In this document: in pieces, positions 11,543 through 20,515 of the stretch
Layout of the letters: the number at the start of each line of letters is the position of its first letter
Numbering within the stretch: position 1 is the first letter of the stretch
Source of the DNA: Armatimonadota bacterium
GTDB taxonomy: Bacteria > Armatimonadota > Fimbriimonadia > Fimbriimonadales > GBS-DC
Direction of reading: 5' to 3'
Assembly: GCA_037445735.1 (NCBI GenBank)
Contig: JBBIJY010000007.1
Coordinates: 41,701-105,700, forward strand
DNA: 64,000 nt
Made by a program: the position numbers and the translations under genes
Notes under the pieces: generated by a model
What the model saw: only the letters and a program-made list of their open reading frames with translations
The model's database searches: none
Told to the model about the DNA's origin: nothing

Positions 11543-11617
11543 TCTATACTCTTACGGGGATTGGCAAAAAACCGTATTCTTTGGGGGCAGGCGCGGAGCG
11601 GGTATAATCGGAACCGA

Positions 11618-11691
11618 TGCCGGGTCGTCTAAGGGCAGGACGCGGGACTTTGGATCCCGTAGTGGTGGTTCGAATCCACCCCCGGCAGCCA
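11618..11691 (+). tRNA. tRNA-Gln (anticodon TTG)
   Basis: TGCCGGG/CCCGGCA acceptor stem, CGGGA-CTTTGGA-TCCCG anticodon arm, TTCGAAT, CCA; GGTATAAT 9 nt upstream. Confidence 0.95.
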
Positions 11692-11708
11692 GTGTGTGAG
11701 GTGTCAGC

Positions 11709-12380
11709 ATGAAACTGTTCGTGGACACAGGGCAGGTCGAAGAGGTTCAGCAGGCTGCCGAATGGGGCATTATCGACGGGGTGACCACCAATCCCTCGCT
11801 GATTGCTAAAGCGGGGCGCGGATTCAAAGAGACGGTGGTCGAGATGTGTCGGCTTGTGCCCGACGGTGCCATCAGCGCGGAGGTGGTCGGCACCACGGTG
11901 GATCAGATGCTGCGCGAGGCACGTGAGATTGCCTCCTGGGCGCCCAACATCGTGGTCAAAATCCCGATGACACCTGCCGGCATTCAGGCAACCCGAATCC
12001 TCTCGCGCGAAGGCATCCGCATCAACATGACGCTTGTCTTTTCGCCGGCGCAGGCACTGCTGGCGGCGAAGGCGGGCGCCACTTTCATCAGCGTGTTCGT
12101 CGGGCGCGTGGACGATGTTGCCAGCGAGGGCATGCGCACAATCGAAGATGTGGTGCAGATGGTCGAAAACTATGGCTTTCCCAGCGAGGTGCTGGTCGCC
12201 AGCATCCGCCATCCGATGCATGTGGTGGAGGCGATGCGGCTGGGCGCGCACATCGCCACGATGCCCTTCAAAGTGCTGGAACAGCTGTTCCACCATCCGC
12301 TGACCGATATCGGACTCCAGCGGTTTCTGGACGACTGGCACCGCGCGGGTCTGCAGATATTTGAGCCGGTGCGTGCCTGA
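11709..12380 (+). CDS. tal: Transaldolase / fructose-6-phosphate aldolase family
   Basis: MKLFVDT, GVTTNPSL, VVKIP, FVGRVDD, ASIRHP. Confidence 0.92.
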   Translation: MKLFVDTGQVEEVQQAAEWGIIDGVTTNPSLIAKAGRGFKETVVEMCRLVPDGAISAEVVGTTVDQMLREAREIASWAPNIVVKIPMTPAGIQATRILSREGIRINMTLVFSPAQALLAAKAGATFISVFVGRVDDVASEGMRTIEDVVQMVENYGFPSEVLVASIRHPMHVVEAMRLGAHIATMPFKVLEQLFHHPLTDIGLQRFLDDWHRAGLQIFEPVRA

Positions 12381-12403
12381 GGCGCTGGGGTACAATCCCG
12401 CGC

Positions 12404-12979
12404 GTGCGAGCGATTATCGGGCTGGGCAATCCGGGCGAGCAATACGCGGGCACGCGCCACAATGTGGGCTTCTGGGTCATCAGCCTGCTGGCTCGCCGAC
12501 ACAATATCCCGCTCAATCGCCACCGCTATCATGCCCGCTACGGTCAGGGCGAGATCGGCGGCGTGCCCGTGCTGCTGGTGCAGCCGATGACCTTTATGAA
12601 CCGCAGCGGTGAGGCGGTTCGCTCCCTGCTGAAAGCCTGTCAGTTAACCCCCCAGCAGATGCTGGTGGTGTACGACGATATCGCGCTGCCGATTGGCACT
12701 TTGCGCCTGCGTCCGCGCGGCTCATCGGGCGGGCACAACGGGATGCGCTCCATTATTGAGGCGATTGGCACGGAGGAGTTCCCGCGCCTGCGCGTGGGCA
12801 TCGGCGCACCGCCTGAAGGCGTCGATCCCGCCGACTATGTGCTGTCGCCCTTTGACGAGTCGGAGAAACCCCTCATGCGCCAGATGCTGGAGATTGCAGC
12901 GGATGCCTGCGAGTGCTGGCTCACCGACCCCATCGAGCGCGTGATGAGCCGTTTTAATCGGCAACACCTCTCGGAATAA
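12404..12979 (+). CDS. pth: Peptidyl-tRNA hydrolase
   Basis: GLGNPG, TRHNVGF, TFMNRSG, GGHNG. Confidence 0.96.
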   Translation: MRAIIGLGNPGEQYAGTRHNVGFWVISLLARRHNIPLNRHRYHARYGQGEIGGVPVLLVQPMTFMNRSGEAVRSLLKACQLTPQQMLVVYDDIALPIGTLRLRPRGSSGGHNGMRSIIEAIGTEEFPRLRVGIGAPPEGVDPADYVLSPFDESEKPLMRQMLEIAADACECWLTDPIERVMSRFNRQHLSE

Positions 12980-12988
12980 CTCTCCAGC

Positions 12989-14152
12989 TTACAGCGGCTC
13001 TGTGCCCTCGCTGAGAATGTTCAGATAGTGGTCATAGGCGAAGATTCGGTTGCGTCTGCGCCCAGTAATCTCGCGCGCGATGCCCAGCTCCGCCAGCACC
13101 TGCATGCCTCTGGCAACCGCTGGAAAGCTGAGTCCCGTCCGCTGGTGTGCCTGGCTCAGCGTCAGCAAAGGATGCTCACACAGAGCATGAAACACACGCA
13201 GTGCCGTGCTGGCTGCCCGCCCCACATCCTGAATCCGATTTTGATCCCGCTCGAACAGCGTCACCAGTCGCCGCGCGGTCTCGACCGCGCTTTGAGCCGT
13301 CGACACGACCCCCTCCAGAAAGAACTCGATCCACGCCTCCCAGTCACCCTCCAGACGCACGAGGTCGAGCAGGCGGTAGTATTCACTACGATAGCGCTTG
13401 AAATAGAGGCTCAGGTACAGGAGCGGTTCCTGCAGCACACCTTCATGGTGCAGAATGAACGCAATGAGCAGGCGTCCGATGCGCCCGTTGCCGTCCAGAA
13501 AAGGATGAATGGTCTCAAATTGCACATTGGCGAGTGCAGCCTTGATGAGCGCTGGATAGGGATTGCGCTCATCGTGCAGGAAGCGTTCGAGGTCTGCCAT
13601 ACACTCTGGCACCCGATCGGGTGGTGGCGGCACGAAGTGAGCGTTGCCAGGGCGTGTGCCGCCAATCCAGTTCTGCGAGCGACGGAACTCGCCTGGCGAT
13701 TTGGTGCTTCCCCGCCCGCGCGATAGCAGAATCGCGTGCATCTCCCGTATGAGGCGATTGGAGAGCGGAAAATCCTCTTTCAGACGCTGAAGCCCATGTT
13801 CCAGCGCTGCCACATAGTTGGACACCTCCACCACATCCTCAATCGGCACGCCAGGCGCCTCCTCCAGCTCGAACAGCAGCAGGTCGGAGAGCGACGATTG
13901 CGTGCCTTCAATCTGGGACGAGAGCAGCGCCTCACGACGCACATAGGCATAGAGAAAGATTTCGGGATTCGGCAGCAACAGCGTGATGCTGTCCAGCCGT
14001 CCCAGAGCAAGCAGGGCGTTCTCAAGCAGGCGTTGCCGATGCCCTGACAGGTCTAACGGCGGATCAGGAGGGAGGGGGCGTGGAATAAACGCCCGTACCG
14101 CCTCTCCGCCTACAATCGTCACCTCATATTCGCCCGTGTTTCCGCGCTTCAT
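12989..14152 (-). CDS. Fic family protein (class II, intramolecular inhibitory helix, C-terminal HTH)
   Basis: HPFLDGNGRIGR Fic motif and SSQIEGT inhibitory motif. Confidence 0.92.
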   Translation of the reverse strand: MKRGNTGEYEVTIVGGEAVRAFIPRPLPPDPPLDLSGHRQRLLENALLALGRLDSITLLLPNPEIFLYAYVRREALLSSQIEGTQSSLSDLLLFELEEAPGVPIEDVVEVSNYVAALEHGLQRLKEDFPLSNRLIREMHAILLSRGRGSTKSPGEFRRSQNWIGGTRPGNAHFVPPPPDRVPECMADLERFLHDERNPYPALIKAALANVQFETIHPFLDGNGRIGRLLIAFILHHEGVLQEPLLYLSLYFKRYRSEYYRLLDLVRLEGDWEAWIEFFLEGVVSTAQSAVETARRLVTLFERDQNRIQDVGRAASTALRVFHALCEHPLLTLSQAHQRTGLSFPAVARGMQVLAELGIAREITGRRRNRIFAYDHYLNILSEGTEPL

Positions 14153-14304
14153 CGCCACCACCCGAATGTAACGAATGTTAAATAAGGGGTCGGGCTATTA
14201 AACGATACCGCCAGATCGTTTAATAACCGCCGACGCTCTGTAGTATACTCGACGATGTACCTGTGGGGTACAATAACCCATTGGTTCAACAGGAGGAGAC
14301 ATCG

Positions 14305-14526
14305 ATGGCACGAGTGTGTGAGATTTGTGGCAAGGGACCGCAGTTTGGGCAGAACATTCGGCATCGCCATTCGGGGCTGTGGCGGTATCGTGCGCCGCGC
14401 ACGAAGCGCCAGTGGTCGCCGAATCTGCAGACGGTGCGGGCGTATGTGAACGGCGGCAAGACCGTGCGGCGCATTCGCGTCTGCACGCGCTGTCTGAAGG
14501 CGGGCAAGGTGGTGCGTGCTGTTTGA
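14305..14526 (+). CDS. rpmB: 50S ribosomal protein L28 (Cys-containing form)
   Basis: MARVCEICGK...TKRQWSPNLQ...VCTRCLK; AGGAGG RBS. Confidence 0.93.
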   Translation: MARVCEICGKGPQFGQNIRHRHSGLWRYRAPRTKRQWSPNLQTVRAYVNGGKTVRRIRVCTRCLKAGKVVRAV

Positions 14527-15506
14527 TCGAGTGGGACGCGCTGGCACGCCAGCTGGCGCCGCTCTGCTCCCGCCCGCTCCAGCGCAACGAGCCGATGCGA
14601 CGGCACACCACCCTGCGCGTGGGCGGACCCGCCGCGCTCTTTTACAGGGTGAGCAATCTGGAAGAGTTCGCGCGAATCAGCGAGTGGGCACAAACCCATC
14701 GTGTGCCCACTTTTATTATGGGGCACGGCAGTAATATTCTGGTCAGCGACGCGGGCATCCCCGCGCTGGTCCTTTATAACGCCTGTGAGCGGGCGATCAT
14801 TGGCGAGGAGACCTACGCCGAGACCGGCATCCCTATTCGCGAGCTGTTTCTGAAGGCGGCACAGCGGGGCTTGAGCGGGCTGGAGTTCGCCGTCGGCATC
14901 CCGGGCACGCTGGGCGGCGCACTGGTGTCCAACGCGGGCGCCTATCGCCAGAATATCGCCGACCTGCTGATCGACATCGATCTGGTGGTGGACGGTCGGC
15001 GACAGCGCGTCTCGCCCGACTGGATGCAGTTCTCCTATCGGGACAGCCGCCTGCGCCGACCGAACGCACCGCCAACCGCCTTATTAGCGGTGCGAATGCG
15101 CCTGACACCCGATTCGAAACGCGCCATCTTTGACCGCGCCCGCCACCTGCAACGCCAGCGCATCGAAAAGCAGCCCCCTGAATCGTCCGCTGGCAGCTTT
15201 TTCAAGAATGTGTATCATCGCGAGCTGGCGGAGCGGTTGCCAAACCTACCTGCACCGCTCAAAGAGGCGGGCGTCGTGCCTGCGGGCTTCCTCATCGAAG
15301 CGTGCGGGCTGAAAGGCTATCAGATCGGCGGCGCGTGCGTCTCCCGCAAACACGCGAACTTCCTCATTAACCGCGGCGATGCCACCGCCAGCGACTTCTA
15401 CCAGCTGGCGCACAAAGTGAAGCAGGCGGTCCATGAGCGGTTTGGTGTCTGGCTGGAAGAGGAGGTTCTCTATGTGGGATGGGACGCGAATGTGCCACAA
15501 TATTAG
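14523..15506 (+). CDS. murB: UDP-N-acetylenolpyruvoylglucosamine reductase
   Basis: HTTLRVGGPA, GSNILV, GIPGTLGGA, SAGSFFKN, KHANFLIN; TTG start overlaps the rpmB stop. Confidence 0.93.
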   Translation: MIEWDALARQLAPLCSRPLQRNEPMRRHTTLRVGGPAALFYRVSNLEEFARISEWAQTHRVPTFIMGHGSNILVSDAGIPALVLYNACERAIIGEETYAETGIPIRELFLKAAQRGLSGLEFAVGIPGTLGGALVSNAGAYRQNIADLLIDIDLVVDGRRQRVSPDWMQFSYRDSRLRRPNAPPTALLAVRMRLTPDSKRAIFDRARHLQRQRIEKQPPESSAGSFFKNVYHRELAERLPNLPAPLKEAGVVPAGFLIEACGLKGYQIGGACVSRKHANFLINRGDATASDFYQLAHKVKQAVHERFGVWLEEEVLYVGWDANVPQY

Positions 15507-15519
15507 CAGGGGTCAAACG

Positions 15520-15963
15520 ATGCAAGCCATTCGATGGGGTTTGATAGGGCTGGCGATGGTGCTGATCCTGGGCGGGTGTCGCCGCCAGCCGCTGAATGAG
15601 ACCGCCGTGCATGAGGCGCTGGGTGAGAAGCGCGAGCAGTATAAAACCGAGATTGAGCGTGGGGTTCAAACCGCACCGCCACCCATCGAGGTGCCCAACG
15701 CCGAGCAGCCCTCGACATCCGCGTCGCCGAATCGGAACCCGTCGCAACCGGGCGTGCCGCCCTATCAGGCGCCGCCACCGACCGTGGGCAACGAACCGCG
15801 CCCGCCGCAGAATCCCTCGCCACCCCCTGACACGCGCGTGGGCGATGTGCAGTTCGACCCGCGCACGGGGCAATATGGCATCGCCCCACCTGGTGCACCC
15901 GATGGCTACACCATCCCACTCAACAACCCGCCCGCCAACCCATCCGCTGGCGAATCGAAGTAA
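15520..15963 (+). CDS. Pro-rich hypothetical lipoprotein
   Basis: Signal peptide with lipobox LGGC. Confidence 0.7.
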   Translation: MQAIRWGLIGLAMVLILGGCRRQPLNETAVHEALGEKREQYKTEIERGVQTAPPPIEVPNAEQPSTSASPNRNPSQPGVPPYQAPPPTVGNEPRPPQNPSPPPDTRVGDVQFDPRTGQYGIAPPGAPDGYTIPLNNPPANPSAGESK

Positions 15964-16008
15964 GCTCTAAAATATCTTTGCCGGGTTTCTGAGTTTGTCT
16001 GGAGAGCG

Positions 16009-16548
16009 ATGATGTACGATCGGGTGCGTCCATCATGGATGGCACGACTGGCGCTCTGGCGAGGTTGGGGAGCGACGCTGCGGGTGGCGCTGCTGCTGTG
16101 GGGGGCGAGCGTGTTGCAGGGCGTGCTGGCGCCTGTCATCCGCATCGGGGATATTTCCCCTGACCTGCCCCTGCTGATACTGGGCTGTCTGGCGCTGCGA
16201 CTGAATCCCTCCGCTGCTGCCACCGCTGGCTTCTTCGCAGGGCTGCTGCACGCCAGTCAGACCGATCAAACCGTCGGCAGCTGGGTTATCAGTCGCACGG
16301 TGGCGGCGTTCACCATCGCGTGGCTGCCTGCGATAGTGGATCGGCGTCGGCTGTTGAGTGTCTGCCTCGCCTGTGCGCTCATTGTGCCGATAGCGAACGG
16401 GCTGATCTATCTCTCGGCGCCCAGCATTGTCGGCTGGGAGTGGTGGCGCGCCACGCTCGGCATCATGGGGTATAATACAATACTGGCGGCGCCCACCGCC
16501 TTCGCGCTTAAACGGGTGCTGCCACCGTATCAGGAGGAGATGGAATGA
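16009..16548 (+). CDS. mreD: MreD-like membrane protein
   Basis: Multi-TM protein with SPDLPLL and GFFAGLL motifs typical of MreD. Confidence 0.65.
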   Translation: MMYDRVRPSWMARLALWRGWGATLRVALLLWGASVLQGVLAPVIRIGDISPDLPLLILGCLALRLNPSAAATAGFFAGLLHASQTDQTVGSWVISRTVAAFTIAWLPAIVDRRRLLSVCLACALIVPIANGLIYLSAPSIVGWEWWRATLGIMGYNTILAAPTAFALKRVLPPYQEEME

Positions 16549-16602
16549 GAACACGGGCAAAGAACGGTCAAACCAAACCGGCACAGAGGAGGAGCGACTG
16601 CG

Positions 16603-17883
16603 ATGGTGCAGACCATGCTCGCAGAAGAGCGTAAAACCGAAGAGCGTAGCGCGTATGCTATCGCCATACGCCAGTTAGAGGCAGCGGCGTATTACCTCAA
16701 CCTGGACCGCAGCCTGTTAGAAGTGTTGAAGCACCCTCGCCGCGAACTGATCGTACATTTCCCGGTCAAGATGGACGACGGCTCCATTCGCGTCTTCACA
16801 GGCTATCGCGTGCATCACAATCCCGCGCGCGGTCCCGCCAAGGGCGGCATTCGCTATCATCCCGATGTCACGCTGGACGAGACGCGCGCGCTGGCGATGT
16901 GGATGACCTGGAAGTGCGCGGTGGTCAATATTCCCTACAGCGGCGCCAAAGGCGGCGTGGTGTGCGATCCGAAACGGCTCTCCATCCACGAGCTGGAGAA
17001 CCTCACCCGCCGCTACATCACCGAAATCTCCATCATGGTCGGTCCCGAATCGGACATCCCGGCGCCCGATATTGGCACCAACCCGCAGGTGATGGCGTGG
17101 ATTATGGACACCTACTCCATGCACAAGGGCTACACCGTGCCCGCGGTGGTGACGGGCAAGCCGGTGGCGATTGGTGGCTCCGAAGGGCGGCTGGAGGCGA
17201 CGGGTCGCGGCGTCACGGTGGTCGCCCACGAGGCGGCTAAACTGCGCGGATTCGACCTGGCGGGCGCCAGCGTGGTGATTCAGGGCTTCGGCAATGTCGG
17301 TTCGGCGACGGCGAAGCTGATGCATCAGGCGGGCGCGAAGGTGGTGGCTATCTCCGACGCGCGCGGCGGCATCTACAACCCGAACGGGCTGGACATCCCC
17401 AGCCTGCTGCACTGCGCCGGGCGCGACGGCTGCATCCAGGCATATCGCGACGCGGACCACATCACCAACAGGGAGCTGCTGGAGCTGCCGTGTGATATTC
17501 TGGTGCCTGCCGCCATTCACGGCGTCATCACCTCCGAGAACGCGCCGAATATCAAGGCGAAGATTATCGTGGAGGCTGCCAACGGTCCCGTCACACCCGA
17601 TGCCGACCGCATCCTGCAGGAGAATGGCATCCTGGTCGTGCCCGACATTCTGGCGAACGCGGGCGGCGTGGTCGTCTCCTACTTCGAATGGGTGCAGGAC
17701 CTGCAGGCGTTCTTCTGGGAGGAAGAAGAGGTCAATGTGCGGCTGGAGAAGGTGATGCGCCGCAGTTTCCAGCATGTGCTGCAGGTCGCGGAGCAGAACA
17801 AAGTTGACCTGCGCATGGGGGCGTACATCATCGGCGTGCAACGCGTGGCGGAAGCCACCACCATCCGCGGCATCTATCCATAA
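16603..17883 (+). CDS. gdhA: Glutamate dehydrogenase (Glu/Leu/Phe/Val family)
   Basis: [47 protein letters not shown]. Confidence 0.93.
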   Translation: MVQTMLAEERKTEERSAYAIAIRQLEAAAYYLNLDRSLLEVLKHPRRELIVHFPVKMDDGSIRVFTGYRVHHNPARGPAKGGIRYHPDVTLDETRALAMWMTWKCAVVNIPYSGAKGGVVCDPKRLSIHELENLTRRYITEISIMVGPESDIPAPDIGTNPQVMAWIMDTYSMHKGYTVPAVVTGKPVAIGGSEGRLEATGRGVTVVAHEAAKLRGFDLAGASVVIQGFGNVGSATAKLMHQAGAKVVAISDARGGIYNPNGLDIPSLLHCAGRDGCIQAYRDADHITNRELLELPCDILVPAAIHGVITSENAPNIKAKIIVEAANGPVTPDADRILQENGILVVPDILANAGGVVVSYFEWVQDLQAFFWEEEEVNVRLEKVMRRSFQHVLQVAEQNKVDLRMGAYIIGVQRVAEATTIRGIYP

Positions 17884-17892
17884 ACCCACAAA

Positions 17893-17924
17893 AAGTCCCC
17901 TCCCCCTTTCAGGGGAGGGGATTT
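17893..17924. terminator. Hairpin between convergent genes
   Basis: TCCCCTCCCC/GGGGAGGGGA stem flanked by A and T runs. Confidence 0.7.
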
Positions 17925-17950
17925 GCGTGAGAGGGGGGACACAAGCAAGC

Positions 17951-18748
17951 TTAGCCGTCGATACCGCCACGCGGGTTCGGTAGCCTGGGCGTGAACGGCT
18001 CGAAGCGATAGGGGCGACTCACATCGAAGCCTGCCTGCTGCGCCGCATCGCGGTCGATAAACGGGCGCAACGCGCGTACCGCATCCTGAATCGAGGCGAA
18101 CCGATAGGTGCGCGCAAACGCATTATCGTTGGGTGGGCTTACCGGTTCCTCGACACCCGAAAAGCCTTTCAGGGTCGTGAACGGTCCACCATCCGCCGGG
18201 TCAATCTCGGTCGCCACCACTCGTGCCACCGTACGGTGATCGCTCTCCACCGCCAGGATTCGCGCCGCCACAACCTTCAGGGCAGGAGTGGATAGATCCC
18301 GCACACCGACCAGATACGCTGCAATAAACGCCTCTTCGAGAGTTACCAGCGTATCCAGGGTGACTTTGGCGTTGCTAAACATATTGGGTGGAAAGTAGAA
18401 GGTGGTGATCGGTGTGGGGCGATTGAGCGCGGACTTGAGCAGTTCATAGTGCGCCATCTCCACTTCGCGAGCCGCTCGAAAATATGCCTGGTCATCGCTG
18501 CTCAATCGCTGGAAGAAGGGCGCCGATTTGACAATCACGGTGTAGGTGGTCGTCGCCAGCGCTTCGGCGATCTGGGCGGCGCCCAGAATCTCGCTGTCGC
18601 TGCTGGAGCCGCCCATCGTGCCCTGACGGGTCGCGTCGCCGCCACACGCGCTCAACAGTGAGCCACCCAGCAGCGCCACCCCGGTTAGCCCTGTCCACTT
18701 CAGGAACTCGCGCCGATTCAACTGCTGCTTCTCATCGCTCATCACCAT
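17951..18748 (-). CDS. Tat-exported ferritin-like lipoprotein
   Basis: NRREFLK twin-arginine signal, LSAC lipobox, carboxylate/His motifs EMAH, LEEAF, ESDH; GAGGAGG RBS. Confidence 0.85.
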   Translation of the reverse strand: MVMSDEKQQLNRREFLKWTGLTGVALLGGSLLSACGGDATRQGTMGGSSSDSEILGAAQIAEALATTTYTVIVKSAPFFQRLSSDDQAYFRAAREVEMAHYELLKSALNRPTPITTFYFPPNMFSNAKVTLDTLVTLEEAFIAAYLVGVRDLSTPALKVVAARILAVESDHRTVARVVATEIDPADGGPFTTLKGFSGVEEPVSPPNDNAFARTYRFASIQDAVRALRPFIDRDAAQQAGFDVSRPYRFEPFTPRLPNPRGGIDG

Positions 18749-18771
18749 CGTACCTCCTCGCATTTTTTGAG

Positions 18772-18804
18772 TTTTGCCAGGTAGCAGGGTGCTACCTGGC
18801 AAAA
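18772..18804. other. Perfect 14-bp intergenic hairpin
   Basis: TTTTGCCAGGTAGC-AGGGT-GCTACCTGGCAAAA. Confidence 0.75.
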
Positions 18805-18809
18805 TTGAT

Positions 18810-19712
18810 TTAAAGGCGTCGGCGTCGAACAGCGAGCCAGCCCAGCACGCCTGCCGAGAGAGCCAGCATCGATGCCGGCTCAGGCACAACTGCCAGCCCG
18901 CGCACGCGCAGCGCCACGCCACCAATCGGGGCAATCGGGCTGATCATGCCCGTATTGAGATCGATGGTGCCAAACCATGAGCGAAAATCGCCCCGATTGA
19001 GGTCAATCATGGACACATAACCCACATTGCGCGTGCCAAAGGTCGCGATGTCGAAACCCAGCACGGTGCTGACATTCATGCCCAGTGGACCGACCGTGAT
19101 CAGACCGCCCGCATTGGGTGGGTTCTGAATCACGAGCACATCGAGACCCGCGTCGATGTTGTAGAGCAGGGTCGAGGTCGCGCCCGCGAAGTTGTTGGTG
19201 TAAGCGGAGCCAACGATGGTCGGACGCCGCCCAAAGTTCGGGTCACCACTGTTATACTGCAGGGTGCCATCCACTGCCACCACTGCACCCGTGTTGGGGT
19301 TCAGACGCAGATTCTGCCCTGTATCGCTCGTCACACGGATTCGATCCACTACCGGGTTGAAGTCGAACCCGAACTCGACGCCGCTCAGTGCCGGGCTAAA
19401 GGGCGTGCTGCTGACCGCTGTTGCCACCCCTGTGGCAGGGTTGAGCTTGTAGAGGCGATTGGAGCTGCCCAGCGCATACAGCTCGCCCGTGGCTGGTCGG
19501 AAATCGATGCCCAGCACCAGCTCCGATGGCTGCTGTAAGCCTGTAATCGGCACATTGCTCAACAGCGCCGTCGGGTTCGACGCATCAAAACTGATGAGAC
19601 GGTTATCCTCCGTCACACCGTAGACCATCTGCGCGCTGATTGGCATTCGCAGCGCCATCAGCATCAGCAGCACGAAGCTGCTTCCAAGAACCTTTCGCAG
19701 AGAACCCATCAT
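18810..19712 (-). CDS. DUF4394 domain protein with PEP-CTERM sorting signal
   Basis: GIDFRPATGELY, GFDFNPVVDRIR, AYTNNF...LYNID; C-terminal VPEPAS + TM + RRRR. Confidence 0.9.
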   Translation of the reverse strand: MMGSLRKVLGSSFVLLMLMALRMPISAQMVYGVTEDNRLISFDASNPTALLSNVPITGLQQPSELVLGIDFRPATGELYALGSSNRLYKLNPATGVATAVSSTPFSPALSGVEFGFDFNPVVDRIRVTSDTGQNLRLNPNTGAVVAVDGTLQYNSGDPNFGRRPTIVGSAYTNNFAGATSTLLYNIDAGLDVLVIQNPPNAGGLITVGPLGMNVSTVLGFDIATFGTRNVGYVSMIDLNRGDFRSWFGTIDLNTGMISPIAPIGGVALRVRGLAVVPEPASMLALSAGVLGWLAVRRRRL

Positions 19713-19780
19713 CTCATAACCTCCTGCTGTTAGGGATTGAGTGTACGCCTGGGGCGTACGGTGTGCATGAACGCACCGCA

Positions 19781-19820
19781 CCTGACCGTTAGATGAACAG
19801 CAGGTGAGATTTGGCTGAAA
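19781..19820 (-). promoter_or_regulatory. Phased direct-repeat array (OmpR-family-like boxes)
   Basis: TGA at 19783, 19794, 19805 and 19816 (exact 11-bp period) upstream of a TACACT -10. Confidence 0.5.
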
Positions 19821-19822
19821 AA

Positions 19823-20515
19823 TCAGGGTGTTCGGAACTCGTAGCCGTAGTTGCGGTGTGTGCGGATATACTGGGGGCGGCGGGGGTCTTTCTCTATCTT
19901 TTTACGCAGCCGATACATATAGACATCGAGCGTATTGGAGCTGAACTCGATGCTGTAGCCCCACACCTGTTCGAAGAGCCAGTTGCGGGGTACGACGCGG
20001 TTGGCATGGCGAGCTAAAAACGCCAGCAGGTCGAACTCGCGGCGGGTGAGCGTGACGGGCTGACCGTTCACGAACACCTGCCGCTGCCCGAAATCGATGA
20101 TCAGATCGCCATATTGCTGGACACCGGACGGCACGGGTTCCGCGTGCGGGTATTCATAGGCGCGGCGTAGCAGGGCGCGCACCCGTGCCAGCAGCTCCTT
20201 CGGCTCGAACGGCTTGGTCAGGTAGTCATCCGCGCCCACCTCCAGTCCAATCACCTTGTCCATCGATTCAGCCCGTGCCGTCAGCATCAGGAGGGGCACC
20301 AGCCACTTCTGGCGGATGCGCCGACACAGGTCGAAGCCATCCATGTCGGGCAGCCCCAGATCCAGAATGATGAGATGGAACTCCGTGCCCGCCAGCGCCT
20401 GCAGCGCTTCATAGCCCGTGCCGACACCCACAACCTCGTAGTTATACTGCTGCAGAAATCGCTTCAGGTTCTCACGGAGATAGGGGTCGTCATCGACGAT
20501 GAGCAGTCGCTGCAT
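19823..20515 (-). CDS. OmpR-family response regulator
   Basis: REC domain (VDDD, LDLGLP, KPF) plus winged-helix (LTRREFDLL, LRKKIE). Confidence 0.95.
   Translation of the reverse strand: MQRLLIVDDDPYLRENLKRFLQQYNYEVVGVGTGYEALQALAGTEFHLIILDLGLPDMDGFDLCRRIRQKWLVPLLMLTARAESMDKVIGLEVGADDYLTKPFEPKELLARVRALLRRAYEYPHAEPVPSGVQQYGDLIIDFGQRQVFVNGQPVTLTRREFDLLAFLARHANRVVPRNWLFEQVWGYSIEFSSNTLDVYMYRLRKKIEKDPRRPQYIRTHRNYGYEFRTP

Noticed and set aside
12989-14152. Fic gene as toxin-antitoxin system or mobile element
   Set aside because: It carries its own inhibitory motif, with no antitoxin, integrase or flanking repeats visible; probably a solitary acquired gene.
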